Shown here: in pieces, positions 42,577 to 53,894 of the stretch
Numbering within the stretch: the stretch's first letter is position 1
Layout: each line of letters begins with the position of its first letter
Notes under the pieces: model-generated
Told to the model about the DNA's origin: nothing
Database searches by the model: none
Seen by the model: the letters and a program-made list of their open reading frames with translations, nothing else
Position numbers and translations under genes: made by a program
Assembly: GCA_963796965.1 (NCBI GenBank)
Contig: CAWCNS010000002.1
Coordinates: forward strand, 32,001-96,000
Reading direction: 5' to 3'
DNA: 64,000 nt
Source: Calditrichia bacterium
Lineage (GTDB): Bacteria; Calditrichota; Calditrichia; JAJRVZ01

Positions 42577-45500
42577 TACACCGCTGTACGAATTTCATAT
42601 TTTACGGGAGGCAAGGGATTACTATGATTTTGATGATACATTTTTTGCCCAGACCGGAAATGTGATTTTCTCTGACATGTTTCATGTTCGTCTTTTTGCC
42701 CAAAAAATGAATTTAAAACAGGATTTGGTGTCGTCGCCTGACAAGGCTGTTAAGGCAGGTGCTTTAAATGCCATGGGATTAATTGACGAAATTCTGCATT
42801 ATGTGGCCGGCATGTATAAAAAACAAAAAAACAAGAAATTATTCGAAGAGGCCGAAGAATGGATTATCAAAAAGATCGGAGAAAAAAAATTTAATAAAGT
42901 CTTAACAGAATTTGTTGATCACTACCCTCCCCTAACCGTTTACAGGGGGGAACAAAGTCGTGATGAATATTTAAATGATGGGAGTTTAGGTACAAACAAT
43001 CGCTGCATTGTACTTGAAGAAATTCTGTTATTACATCTTGCCAATGATAATCCTGCTTTTTCTCCTTTTAAAGAATTGTTCGATGATGAAAATTTGTCCA
43101 GAGAATCAGCATACAGGCAACTAACGGCATCCATCCAGGATTTTTTCCAGGAGCAGCCTGCTTTTGGTCCCGACAATCAGACACTCTACCTAATGTTAAA
43201 AACGCCAGCATTAAAGTTTCCTCACTCACTCTTTGCTCAGCTTGAATTTATTCGCGAACACTGGGGACATTTGTTATCAGACTATATATTCCGTTTGCTC
43301 GGTGGACTCGATCTGATAAAGGAAGAAGAAAAATCTATCTTTACAGGCCCTGGTCCTACATATGTTCCTGACTTTAGTGCCCTTGGTGGGGAGGATGAAC
43401 CGGAACGATTCAGTACTGATTTGGACTGGATGCCTAATGTTGTGATGATCGCTAAAAGTACCTATGTTTGGCTGGATCAACTTTCCAAAAAGTATTCACG
43501 ATCGATCACCAAACTGGATCATATCCCCGATGAAGAACTGGACCTCTTAGCCAGCCGGGGATTTACAGCCTTATGGTTGATCGGATTATGGGAACGGAGT
43601 TCTGCATCGCAAAAGATAAAACAGCTTTGTGGAAATCCTGAAGCAGTAAGTTCAGCTTATTCCCTGTTCGACTACACCATCGCAGAAGATCTGGGTGGTG
43701 AGGCAGCCTATGAAAATCTCCGAAATCGATCATGGAAAAGAGGGATCCGCCTAGCCAGTGACATGGTGCCAAATCATACCGGCATCTATTCAAAATGGGT
43801 GATCGAACATCCCGATTGGTATGTACAGGCTGACAATCCTGTTTTCCCGGGATACACCTTTAATGGAAACAATCTCTCAGATGATGATCGGGTAGCTCTT
43901 TTCATTGAAGACGGATATTGGAACCGTTCTGATGCTGCCGTTTTGTTTAAAAGAGTCGATACCCATACTGGTTCTGTAACTTATATTTATCATGGAAACG
44001 ATGGAACGAGTATGCCTTGGAATGATACAGCTCAGTTAAACTATCTCCTTCCTCAGGTAAGAGAGGCTGTCATTCAAACTATTCTGCATGTTGCCCGCCA
44101 ATTTCCAATCATTCGTCTTGATGCAGCCATGACCCTGGCAAAAAAGCATTTTCAGCGGCTTTGGTTCCCTCCGCCGGGAAGCGGCGGCGATATTCCTTCA
44201 CGCTCCGGCTTTGCTATAACCAGAGAGCAATTTGAGGAGGCTTTTCCCGTAGAATTTTGGCGTGAAGTTGTTGATCGCGTTGCCCAGGAAGTTCCTGACA
44301 CACTTCTATTGGCTGAAGCCTTTTGGATGATGGAGGGATATTTTGTTCGTACTTTGGGTATGCATCGTGTTTATAACAGTGCTTTTATGAATATGTTAAA
44401 AAACGAAGAAAATGCCAAATATCGCGATGCCATTAAAAGTGTTATGGATTTTAATCCGGAGATCATGAAACGCTATGTAAATTTTATGAATAATCCTGAT
44501 GAAGAAACAGCTGTTACACAGTTTGGTAAAGATGACAAGTATTTTGGTGTCTGTACACTCATGTGTACCTTACCGGGTTTACCCATGTTCGGACATGGTC
44601 AGGTCGAAGGATACAGCGAAAAGTATGGAATGGAATATAAAAAAGCCTATTGGGATGAACACGAAGATGGCTATTTAATTGAGAGACACCAACGCGAGAT
44701 ATTTCCTCTCTTAAAAAAAAGATACCTGTTCAGCCATGTGCAAAATTTTATATTATACGATTTGATAGGATCAGACGGCTTTGTCAATGGAGATGTATTT
44801 GCGTTTTCAAATAGGGTAAATGATCAAAAGGCGGTTGTCCTTTATAACAACCGTTACGAGCGCTCCAGCGGCTGGATAAAATATTCTTCTGCATCAGCTG
44901 AAAAAGATGGGAATGGCTTTAAACAATTTACATTATCTGAAGGATTGGCGCTTGAAGCCGGAAACAACAGTTATGTCATTTTTCGTGATCAAATAACGGA
45001 TCTTGAATATATTCGACACGGTGGAGATCTGGCTCATCATGGATTATACGTAGAATTGGATGGATTTAAATATCATGTCTTTCTCGACTTTCGAGAAGTT
45101 CAGGAAAATGAATATGGTCATTACGGTCAGATCTGTGAGTATTTGAGCGGACGGGGTGTCCCAAGTATCGAAGCAACATTAAAAGAAACATTTTTAAAAC
45201 CGGTCCATGAACCTTTTTATAGTCTGATGCAATCAGATTTTCTGAATCGTGTAAACAAAATCATGCAGTCAACTAAAAGCACTGAAGCTATTCCGTTGGA
45301 TTTGTTAAAAGACTTTAAAAAAGATATGGGGAGTTTTTTGTCAGCAATCGATGAGTATATTTCTGGCCGGGGTACGGGACCATTAGTTTTGGAAGCTTTG
45401 AATATCAAATTTAATAATTTACTCCTCCTTCATCGGCCAGCTCAGCTACTCAACACGAAACAGACCGCAGCGGTAAAAAAGATATCTGCCTTTCTGGAAG

Positions 45501-46033
45501 AAAATGGCCCTTCTTCGGCAACTTTGACACTCTGGTTAATTTTTTCTGATCTGGGAAATTTACAAGATAAAAATTACGCACCGCTGATCAGTATTTCCTG
45601 GCTTGATGAATTCCTCTTTTACAAACTGATCCTTCGATCCCTTCAATCAGTAGGCTGCGATGATAGGACGGCTGAAAGGCAATTGCTCTTGATTAAGTGC
45701 CTGATACTTACCCCGAATTGGATTGAGCAGGCATCAGATAATTTGGGAAATGCCATGCAAGCCCTGTTTCAAAACCAGGAAGCACAACAATATCTGAATA
45801 TTCATCATTATCATGATATACCCTATTTTCATTTTGAGAGTTTGATAGAACTCATGAAGGCCTTGTTTGCAGTTGGGGTTGTTAATCTCATGAGTGATAA
45901 GAAAAGTGATATGAAAGGAAAAAAGAAAAAAATCGAAGCGTGGTTAAAATTGACTAATCAAATCATCACCGCTGCCCAGGAAAATGGAAGCCGGATTGAT
46001 AAAACTATTGCGACCCTGAGTAAAAAGAAATAG
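42569..46033 (+). CDS. Large GH13 alpha-amylase-family glycoside hydrolase
   Basis: DMVPNH, IRLDAAM (nucleophile), LLAEAF (acid/base), NNPDEE; long N- and C-terminal extensions. Confidence 0.85.
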   Translation: MINTPLYEFHILREARDYYDFDDTFFAQTGNVIFSDMFHVRLFAQKMNLKQDLVSSPDKAVKAGALNAMGLIDEILHYVAGMYKKQKNKKLFEEAEEWIIKKIGEKKFNKVLTEFVDHYPPLTVYRGEQSRDEYLNDGSLGTNNRCIVLEEILLLHLANDNPAFSPFKELFDDENLSRESAYRQLTASIQDFFQEQPAFGPDNQTLYLMLKTPALKFPHSLFAQLEFIREHWGHLLSDYIFRLLGGLDLIKEEEKSIFTGPGPTYVPDFSALGGEDEPERFSTDLDWMPNVVMIAKSTYVWLDQLSKKYSRSITKLDHIPDEELDLLASRGFTALWLIGLWERSSASQKIKQLCGNPEAVSSAYSLFDYTIAEDLGGEAAYENLRNRSWKRGIRLASDMVPNHTGIYSKWVIEHPDWYVQADNPVFPGYTFNGNNLSDDDRVALFIEDGYWNRSDAAVLFKRVDTHTGSVTYIYHGNDGTSMPWNDTAQLNYLLPQVREAVIQTILHVARQFPIIRLDAAMTLAKKHFQRLWFPPPGSGGDIPSRSGFAITREQFEEAFPVEFWREVVDRVAQEVPDTLLLAEAFWMMEGYFVRTLGMHRVYNSAFMNMLKNEENAKYRDAIKSVMDFNPEIMKRYVNFMNNPDEETAVTQFGKDDKYFGVCTLMCTLPGLPMFGHGQVEGYSEKYGMEYKKAYWDEHEDGYLIERHQREIFPLLKKRYLFSHVQNFILYDLIGSDGFVNGDVFAFSNRVNDQKAVVLYNNRYERSSGWIKYSSASAEKDGNGFKQFTLSEGLALEAGNNSYVIFRDQITDLEYIRHGGDLAHHGLYVELDGFKYHVFLDFREVQENEYGHYGQICEYLSGRGVPSIEATLKETFLKPVHEPFYSLMQSDFLNRVNKIMQSTKSTEAIPLDLLKDFKKDMGSFLSAIDEYISGRGTGPLVLEALNIKFNNLLLLHRPAQLLNTKQTAAVKKISAFLEENGPSSATLTLWLIFSDLGNLQDKNYAPLISISWLDEFLFYKLILRSLQSVGCDDRTAERQLLLIKCLILTPNWIEQASDNLGNAMQALFQNQEAQQYLNIHHYHDIPYFHFESLIELMKALFAVGVVNLMSDKKSDMKGKKKKIEAWLKLTNQIITAAQENGSRIDKTIATLSKKK

Positions 46034-46041
46034 AGTAAAAT

Positions 46042-46728
46042 CTACAAATATGAAGGCCTGATTTCATATTGTAGCGGATCTTCTCTGTTGGCTAACTCAA
46101 ATCCACGTAATCGCAAAGCACAACTATCGCAAACGCCACAGGCCAATTCTTCATTCTGGTAGCATGACCAGGTCAAGTGAAGCGGTGCCTTTAAATCGAT
46201 AGATTGACAAACAATATCCTTTTTTGAAAGTTTTACCAATGGTGTAACAATCTCAATTTGCGTTTCTGGTTTTGTACCTTCTCGAATCACCCGGTCAAAT
46301 GCTTTAAAAAATGATTCACGACAGTCGGGATAACCAGAAGAATCTTCTTCAACAGCACCGATAAATATTTTTCTGGCCTGAAGAACCTCAGCCCAACTGG
46401 TGGCAATTGCCAGAATATTGGCATTTCGAAATGGGACATAACTGCTGGGGATTACCTGACTTTCAAGATTTGCCTTATCCACGACAATTGAATCATCCGT
46501 CAAACTTGAGCCACCAATTGCAGTAAAATGCTTTACATCTATCACCAACCGCCGCTTAACCTGATAAAAGTCTGCGATATCCTCAAATGCTCTTTTTTCT
46601 CTCTGTTCAGTCTTTTGCCCATAATTCAGATGTAAAAATGCTAACTCGCAGGTCTGCTCGGCAATGGCTGCTGTCAAGCAGCTATCCATCCCCCCGGATA
46701 CAAGTACGATTGCAAGATCCCTTTTCAT
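46042..46728 (-). CDS. queC: 7-cyano-7-deazaguanine synthase
   Basis: SGGMDS, YGQ, YVPFRN, YPDCR, TWSCY..CGVCDSC..R. Confidence 0.96.
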   Translation of the reverse strand: MKRDLAIVLVSGGMDSCLTAAIAEQTCELAFLHLNYGQKTEQREKRAFEDIADFYQVKRRLVIDVKHFTAIGGSSLTDDSIVVDKANLESQVIPSSYVPFRNANILAIATSWAEVLQARKIFIGAVEEDSSGYPDCRESFFKAFDRVIREGTKPETQIEIVTPLVKLSKKDIVCQSIDLKAPLHLTWSCYQNEELACGVCDSCALRLRGFELANREDPLQYEIRPSYL

Positions 46729-47084
46729 TTAAAGGAACCCCTCTTCTCCGGATCGTAAATTGATCTGATAATTGAGTTCATACCACCCCTCGTGGAAAAC
46801 TTCCCAATAATCTCCATATAACGTGGATGACAGGCCTCGACAAATTCATCAAGTATCTGGTTGACAACGGCTTCATAAAAAATCCCCTTATTCCGAAAAT
46901 CCAGGAAATAATATTTTAAGGCTTTTAACTCCAGACACAATTTATCAGGGACATAGTTAATTGTAATTATACCAAAATCCGGTAAACCCGTTATCGGACA
47001 TACCGACGTAAACTCTTCATTTACATGGGTGATATAGTAGTCTCTGTCAGGATATTTATTATCAAACACTTCAATTTTTGACAT
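46725..47084 (-). CDS. queF: NADPH-dependent preQ0 reductase (unimodular QueF)
   Basis: EFTSVCPITGLPDF, ELKALKYY, RGG; ATG at 47084 follows a GAGG RBS. Confidence 0.93.
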   Translation of the reverse strand: MSKIEVFDNKYPDRDYYITHVNEEFTSVCPITGLPDFGIITINYVPDKLCLELKALKYYFLDFRNKGIFYEAVVNQILDEFVEACHPRYMEIIGKFSTRGGMNSIIRSIYDPEKRGSFK

Positions 47085-47171
47085 TGTATTTTCCTCTAAA
47101 TATTTTTTCATATCGACTTAACAGGTTATAAAAGTTATTCATTTTCATCAACTTTTCAGAAGATACAGTGT

Positions 47172-47233
47172 GTAACGGCGCGATTAAGAGGTTGTGTGAA
47201 AACAACCACACAACCTCTGAATCGCGCCGTTAC
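47172..47233. repeat. Long near-perfect inverted repeat (REP-like) between queE and queF
   Basis: 27-nt arms GTAACGGCGCGATTAAGAGGTTGTGTG / CACACAACCTCTGAATCGCGCCGTTAC with one mismatch and an 8-nt loop. Partial copy at 47291-47304. Confidence 0.8.
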
Positions 47234-47388
47234 CAATACCACTATCAAGATATATTTAAGTTCCCACAACCATTAGATGGTTATTCTCATACAACCTCTG
47301 AATCACATCCCTGCAAATAAAAATGCTTAAAAAAAAATGAATCCCAACACTTAATGAATCAAATAATGCAGCAGGCCACGGTTTGGAA

Positions 47389-48063
47389 TTAATGTCCCCG
47401 GGCATCTGATTCCCATATTTGTTTATGCAATTGAACCTGCATTCTTACCGGCACCTGATTTTCTAATATCCATTCAGCCAGAACCTGATTATTCATTTTA
47501 CCAAATACGGGTGAAACAATAATCTCACATTTCTTGTGAATCTTATATTTTTCAATTATGGTTCTCATCCACATCAGATCTTCCATTGAACCAACTACAA
47601 ATTTAACTTCATCTGTTTTCTGTAATTGATCAATATTTGACCACATCATTTTTTCTGACTCACCACTTGTCAGACATTTAATATCCATTATTTTCTTTAC
47701 TCTTTTGTCTACTTTAGAAACATCCATATGACCGGCTGTCTCAAGAAGTACCTCATATCCCTGATCACAAAGTTTTTGCATTAATATATGTACATTCTCC
47801 TGAATTAATGGCTCACCACCAGTTATTTCAACCAACCGGCAATTATATTCTTCGATTTGATCAATAATGGCAGAGAGAGAATATTCCTTTCCTTCAAAGA
47901 ATGCATAAGTTGTATCGCAATATGTACAGCGCAAGTTACAGTAGGTTAACCTTACAAAAACACAGGGTCTGCCCGCATGTGTTGATTCGCCCTGGATACT
48001 ATAAAATATTTCATTGATCTTAACTGTAGGTCCCTGGTTTTGCTGAGAATCCTCACTTTTCAT
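47389..48063 (-). CDS. queE: 7-carboxy-7-deazaguanine synthase (radical SAM)
   Basis: EIFYSIQGE, CNLRCTYCDT, ITGGEP, QLHK. Confidence 0.93.
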   Translation of the reverse strand: MKSEDSQQNQGPTVKINEIFYSIQGESTHAGRPCVFVRLTYCNLRCTYCDTTYAFFEGKEYSLSAIIDQIEEYNCRLVEITGGEPLIQENVHILMQKLCDQGYEVLLETAGHMDVSKVDKRVKKIMDIKCLTSGESEKMMWSNIDQLQKTDEVKFVVGSMEDLMWMRTIIEKYKIHKKCEIIVSPVFGKMNNQVLAEWILENQVPVRMQVQLHKQIWESDARGH

Positions 48064-48418
48064 AACTGACCATACAACTTTCTGTCTCCCAGGCAGTAAC
48101 TTTTTTGAGTATGATATCTCCCGGAAGCCGGGATTCCATCTCTTCAAAAATATATTTAACCAGATTTTCTGCTGTGGGATTTAATTTATCAAAGGGTGGA
48201 ATTTTGTTAATCAAATTATGGTCGAAGGGTTCTATTATCTCCCACAACCATTTTTCCAGATCGAGGAAATCAATAGCCATCCCCAACGAATCCAACTTAT
48301 CTGCTTGCACTTCAGCACGGACCTTCCAATTATGCCCGTGAATCCGCGCGCAGGGACCCGGGTAATCATTCAATTGATGGGCCATTGAGATAACTTTTTC
48401 AACGGCTAATTTGAACAT
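48053..48418 (-). CDS. queD: 6-carboxy-5,6,7,8-tetrahydropterin synthase
   Basis: AH.L..Y.GPC.RIHGHNW, DF, FDH, PTAENL, WET; GGAGG RBS. Confidence 0.93.
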   Translation of the reverse strand: MFKLAVEKVISMAHQLNDYPGPCARIHGHNWKVRAEVQADKLDSLGMAIDFLDLEKWLWEIIEPFDHNLINKIPPFDKLNPTAENLVKYIFEEMESRLPGDIILKKVTAWETESCMVSYEK

Positions 48419-48582
48419 CAAACACCTCCTCTGAACCTGTTGCCGGCGAAATTTAATCAAATATTGTCCACATATCATATTTTTTATTCTTTTCTTTTTG
48501 GTCCTTAATCTGTATTATTTATTAATTATAAATTACAAGTCGTAATCTATTAGTCTTATCATTAAAATAAAGGAGCACAATC

Positions 48583-49500
48583 GTGAAACGTAGAGATTTT
48601 ATCAAAAATTCTGTTGCGGCTGCATATGGTATAAGTTTTTCAACATTTCCAACCGGATTATTATCCTCATGTACACAATCAAAACAGCCTCTGTACATGA
48701 TTTCCCTTGCTGAATGGTCTTTACACAAAACGATATTTGGCGGTGATATGGACCACCTCAATTTTGCTGCATTGGCAATGAAAAATTATGGAATTGGTGC
48801 GGTAGAGTATGTCAATCAGTTCTTTAAAGACAAAGCCAAAGACAACACATACCTTAAAGATATGAAGCAAAGAGCGGATGATGCCAATGTAAAAAGTCTC
48901 TTAATTATGTGTGATGGAGAGGGAAGATTGGGTGATCCTGATGAAGCACAAAGAATGCAAGCCGTTCAGAACCATCACAAATGGGTTGAGGCTGCCAAAT
49001 ATCTGGGTTGCCACTCTATTCGTGTAAACGCAGCAAGTGCCGGCGAATATGAGGAACAACAAAAATTAGCGGCTGATGGTTTGCGGAAACTGACAGAGTA
49101 TGGGGATAAATCTGAAATAAATGTGATTGTAGAAAACCATGGTGGTCTGTCAAGCAATGGCAAATGGTTGACTGGTGTAATGAAATTAGTGGATCATCCC
49201 CGTTGCGGCACATTACCCGATTTCGGTAACTTTCGGGTGAGTAGTGATGAAGAATATGATCGATACAAAGGTGTAACCGAACTGATGCCTTTTGCAAAGG
49301 CGGTCAGTGCAAAATCGCATGAATTCGATAAAGCAGGAAATGAAGTACGCACGGACTATTTAAAAATGATGAAGATTGTTATAGATGCCGGATACGGTGG
49401 ATATGTTGGTATCGAGTACGAAGGTAGTCAGCTCAGTGAAGATGAGGGCATTAAAGCAACAAAAATTCTACTTGAGAAAGTACGTGAACAATTATCATAA
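48583..49500 (+). CDS. Tat-exported sugar-phosphate isomerase/epimerase (xylose-isomerase-like TIM barrel)
   Basis: RRDFIK twin-arginine signal, [28 protein letters not shown]. Confidence 0.85.
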   Translation: MKRRDFIKNSVAAAYGISFSTFPTGLLSSCTQSKQPLYMISLAEWSLHKTIFGGDMDHLNFAALAMKNYGIGAVEYVNQFFKDKAKDNTYLKDMKQRADDANVKSLLIMCDGEGRLGDPDEAQRMQAVQNHHKWVEAAKYLGCHSIRVNAASAGEYEEQQKLAADGLRKLTEYGDKSEINVIVENHGGLSSNGKWLTGVMKLVDHPRCGTLPDFGNFRVSSDEEYDRYKGVTELMPFAKAVSAKSHEFDKAGNEVRTDYLKMMKIVIDAGYGGYVGIEYEGSQLSEDEGIKATKILLEKVREQLS

Positions 49501-49654
49501 CGTACGAATTGGAGATATTAGAACGTTGAGAATTGGGCTGGCCCAATAAATTTGGGATTTTGGCCGGAGGTCTGCCCAATCAAAACCAAACACAGGGTTT
49601 ATAGTGATCACCTTCCGGATCTGACGGCCTCTCACCGTTCATATTAAGTAAAAA

Positions 49655-49790
49655 ATCTAACCACGGAAGTACGCGGAAGAACACGGACAATAAAAAGTAA
49701 ATTTCTTAAAGGAAAATATTAAAGTAACCCAACTTGATTATATCTATATAAAATTCCGTGTATTTTTCCGTGTCTCTCCGTGGTTTAGAT
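49655..49790. repeat. Miniature inverted-repeat element with tandem CACGGA-like units in each arm
   Basis: ATCTAACCACGGAA..ACGCGGAA..ACACGGA mirrored by TTCCGTGT..TTCCGTGT..TCCGTGGTTTAGAT. Confidence 0.7.
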
Positions 49791-49819
49791 AAAGGTAGGA
49801 TACTCTCGTCGTATGAGAA

Positions 49820-50848
49820 TCAAGATAACTTTTTATTCGCCATTTTTTTTAATATATTCTTGATAATCCCCGGGCCCTCATAAATGAATCCTGTATAAAT
49901 TTGAATCAGTGAAGCACCGGCCGCAATTTTTTCTCTGGCATCATCTTCTGAATAAATCCCTCCCACGCCAATTATAGGAAATTTATTTTCAGATTTTTCA
50001 GATAGATAGCGAACAACCTCGCTTGATCTTTCTCTCATCGGTTTCCCACTTAAACCACCAGCCCCAATCGTATCTACCATAGCAGCATCTGTGATGAGGT
50101 TTTTCCGTTCAATTGTGGTATTTGTCGCTATTATACCTGCTATATTTGTAACCTCTACCACGTAAATGATATCATTAAGTTGATCGTTGGTCAGATCTGG
50201 TGCTATTTTTAGGAAAATCGGTTTTGGAGCAGAGGTAGCCAGATTTAGTTTCTGCAAATGTCCCAATATCTGTGTAAGTGAATTTTTATCCTGCAATTCC
50301 CGAAGCCCGGGTGTATTTGGCGAGCTGACATTCACAACAAAATAATCGACAACCTCATAAAGACGATGGAAGCAGATTTCATAGTCCTGGACTGCATTTT
50401 CATTAGGCGTTATTTTATTTTTTCCAATGTTTCCGCCTATAATACATTTTCTTTTGCTTCTTAAGAGGTTTCTTCGAACTTTTTCAACACCGGCATTGTT
50501 AAATCCCATACGGTTTATAAGAGCCTGGTCTGCCGGCAGCCGGAAAAGACGCGGTTTATCATTGCCACCCTGTGCTTTTGGTGTAACTGTTCCGATTTCA
50601 ACAAATCCAAATCCCAGGTCAGCTAACTGGTCAACCATCTCCGCGTCTTTATCAAATCCTGCTGCCAATCCAACTGGATTATTAAAGACCAGACCACAAA
50701 CATTTATTTGAAGAGATGTAGATTTATAATGAAACAATAATTTTAAAACTTTTGAGACTAAAGGGAGTTTAATCAGTATACAAATAATATGATGGATTGT
50801 TTCAGGGTTTGTCCGGAATAATATGGGTCGTATCAGGGCTTTATACAT
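49820..50848 (-). CDS. pyrD: Quinone-dependent dihydroorotate dehydrogenase (class 2)
   Basis: [38 protein letters not shown]. Confidence 0.96.
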   Translation of the reverse strand: MYKALIRPILFRTNPETIHHIICILIKLPLVSKVLKLLFHYKSTSLQINVCGLVFNNPVGLAAGFDKDAEMVDQLADLGFGFVEIGTVTPKAQGGNDKPRLFRLPADQALINRMGFNNAGVEKVRRNLLRSKRKCIIGGNIGKNKITPNENAVQDYEICFHRLYEVVDYFVVNVSSPNTPGLRELQDKNSLTQILGHLQKLNLATSAPKPIFLKIAPDLTNDQLNDIIYVVEVTNIAGIIATNTTIERKNLITDAAMVDTIGAGGLSGKPMRERSSEVVRYLSEKSENKFPIIGVGGIYSEDDAREKIAAGASLIQIYTGFIYEGPGIIKNILKKMANKKLS

Positions 50849-50930
50849 ACAGATTCTCCCTTCTTCATGAACTAGTTGTCTCATTCATCTAATAGATGTA
50901 AATTTAACATATTTAGGATCAAAATCTAAA

Positions 50931-51637
50931 ATGAACAAAATTAAAATATATTCTTATCGTAATTACTTCTCCTTATAATGAATGGCTGTGATCTGGACAA
51001 ATTTACCGGATATGATCATGAAGCGGATCCTATCCCCGAATCTGCCCGAATTTACGGCATTCTAATAAATAAATTCACACAACTACCAATAAATGATGCC
51101 ATAATCCAGGTGGGTGATCAGGCAACATTTTCTGATGAAAATGGAAAATATGAATTTTTTTACCACCTTGGTGAAGATGAGGATCGAAATAAAGAAGTAA
51201 AGATGCTAATATCTGCAAAAAACTTTCTCCCTATTGATACCAATGTCGTAATCTTCCCGGAGAATGAAATAGACAAGGGACTTGCCTATGCATCTCCGAT
51301 TATAAAAAGGATTGCTAAGATAGACATTGTCTGTCAGGCAGAAATATTTGATTATCAGGGTTGGGAGGATATTGCCCATGTTTAGGGCGAGTTTTATTAT
51401 GTTCGTGGGGATGAAAGAGTCATTGCATTAACCATCCGCTTACCTTTCCAAAGAGTAGATACGGATACTCCCAATACATCTTATTATCAATGTAGATGAA
51501 TACTTCAATAGATGGCTTTGGCGAACTTGATCCGTAGTTTTAAAATATTTGCCACAGATCGTCTTGGATATGCAGATTCGACTAATCATGTTGTTAGCGG
51601 CGTAGATTCATTACTTTTCCCACCTGTTTTTGAGTAA
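50931..51637 (+). pseudogene. Probable lipoprotein with a carboxypeptidase-regulatory-like domain, disrupted by several indels and stops (decayed gene or poor sequence)
   Basis: Lipobox-like LLLLIMNGC. ORF 50978-51385 continues in the same frame past TAG to TAA at 51637, with further internal stops. Confidence 0.5.
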
Positions 51638-51645
51638 GGTAAGAT

Positions 51646-53857
51646 ATGAGGGAGCAGAAACTTCTGTTCATTTTTCTATTGTACAATTTTGATTCTATGG
51701 CCAGGGATTACGTTTGCCACAGATTATAAAATATCTGGTACCGTCATTGATAAGACAACCCAATCACCTCTGGTGGGTGCTAACGTATTTCTTAGAACCT
51801 CTTCCATCGGCACTGTAACCAACGGTAAGGGTTTTTTTACATTAACCGTTCCTGAACAATATGGCAGTGATTCTCTGATTATAAACTATCTTGGTTATCA
51901 GGAGTATCGAAACACTGTCTCAAATACACCTGCTTCCTCTGTCTATTATTTATCACCTCTGATTTTAGAAGCAGAAAAAGGAATTACGATATATGCAGAA
52001 AAACTGAATCTGGCCCGCCAGGAGCTCCCCCATAGCGCAACTGTCATTAATTTAGAAGACATAGAACGATACGGCACTTCAGAAATCAGCGATCTTTTTA
52101 AAGCTGATCCCTCTGTGCGGATAATTGGTAATGACCTGGATGGTCGGTTTATAGAAATTCGGGGCAGTGATCCTAACGAAGTAAATGTTTATGTTGATGG
52201 GATTCAAATAAACAATTTAGGTTACAATAATGCTGCTGACCTTTCTGTAATTTCTGCTGATAATATCGAAAAGTTAGAAGTCCTGAAAGGATCCAACCTG
52301 GTCCTTCTGGGAAGTGGAGCATTTGGCGGTGTCGTTAATATTACCACCCGCAATGCCACCAAGTCGGAATATGGTCTTAAAATTAAATACGGAAGTTGGT
52401 TGAGCCGACTTATTGCCGCACAAATAAATATCCCCATTCATGATAAAGTGTATTTTAACTATTTCGGTACTTTCGGCGCCTTTTCTCCTGAAATTGAATA
52501 TTACTCATCCGAGCAATTCGATGAGAAAACACCAACAACCGCCGTCAAGACCTCCCGGCAAAACCACAATCTCACACTTAATTATTTTACAGATACTGGT
52601 CAATACACGGGGAAAGTAATGGGAGGGCTTCTGAATTATGACAAACCCGCCTGGAACAATTTACGGAAAAATATTCTCCTTGCTGCTGCATACCGAGGAG
52701 AAATCCTGAAGATCCGTAATTTCGATTTTAATGTTGATTATCTCTATGGTGATGATTTTATTGACCGGGGTGACCCAAATCTTGCCTCATTCGAAAATAG
52801 TTTTTTAACCCAACGTGTGCATCTCAGGCTCGCAAAAAACTTTTCGGGTAATCCGAATTCTTATCCCCAGTTTGGTTTCCAATTTCTGTCAGAATATTTT
52901 CATGATGAGTTATTTAATGATTCAAAAATGAAAAACATGACCAGATCGAACACCTTATACGAATCTTCTTTATATGATAATCGTGGAAGTCTGGGTGGTG
53001 TACTCAGTATTGGTGACAAATTAGATAGTCTGGGTGAGACCAGCTGGAAATTATTTGGTGGTATTAGGGGTGAATTTCTTGCTTCGGGAGAAAACTATAA
53101 AATTAGTTCGTATGGTTTTCAGATAAATATACTCAAAGAGCACTGGCAATTTACACCTTATATGAACTATGGTGAAAACATTAAGTTTCCCACCTTACTC
53201 GACAATGCTTATATCATCGATGTGATTAATGTATCAATAAACACAGGCAATTTGAACATAATTAAACTCTTCCCTGAATCGGCCAAATCAAGGGAAATTG
53301 GATTCGAATTCCACTATCTTCCCTCGTCAACCTTTTATAAAAACCTTTCATTTCAATTCGCCTATTATACCACAGAAATTGCTAACAAAATCTTGAAAAG
53401 ACCGCTGGAGGATACCATAATAAGAACGCAACTAGGGCTGAATAGCACACAGGGGCTCGAAAGTACACTCAAGATGGAGAACTTATTTGGAGAATGGACA
53501 CTCAGTGCATCCTATGGCAGGCTTGATGTATCCAACCCCCTTCTATACTCCTATAAGCCAGACCAAAAATACAGTGCTCAGGTAGATTACGGAAATATCC
53601 GGAATTTTCACTTTATGGGACTTTTATATTATGAAGGAAAAAGTTTTGCCTGGGATTATGATGATCAGAATGATTTTGTAACAGCCGAAGTCGATCCTTT
53701 TTTTGATCTCGATATCTCAATGGGATATGAATTCGATCTAAAGCCTGTCAGACTAAACCTAACGCTTGCTGGTTATAACATCCTCGACAACGCTGGATAC
53801 AAATATTATAATCTTAGAAAAAGGTTTCTACAGATAGGAATCGGGATTAAATATTGA
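51646..53857 (+). CDS. TonB-dependent receptor; ATG at 51646 is probably offset by a frameshift in the signal peptide
   Basis: ISGTVID..T..PLVGANV, IEIRG, YVDGI, IEKLEVLKGS...GSGAFGGVVNI, C-terminal aromatic residue (IKY). Confidence 0.85.
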
Positions 53858-53894
53858 TAATTGAACCAATGATTGTAGATGGAAGATATGATCA

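Noticed and set aside
42124..48418. que genes plus dUTPase as a 7-deazaguanine DNA-modification (dpd) island
   Set aside because: No dpdA/tgtA5, dpdB or dpdC and no phage or mobile context. queF is present, which fits ordinary tRNA queuosine synthesis.
48419..48582. preQ1 riboswitch upstream of queD
   Set aside because: No recognisable preQ1-I stem-loop with the conserved loop and A-rich tail.
51383..51385. Pyrrolysine or stop-codon readthrough at the in-frame TAG
   Set aside because: The same gene has other disruptions, and TAG is used as a normal stop elsewhere in the window (for example 40674-40676 and 42109-42111).
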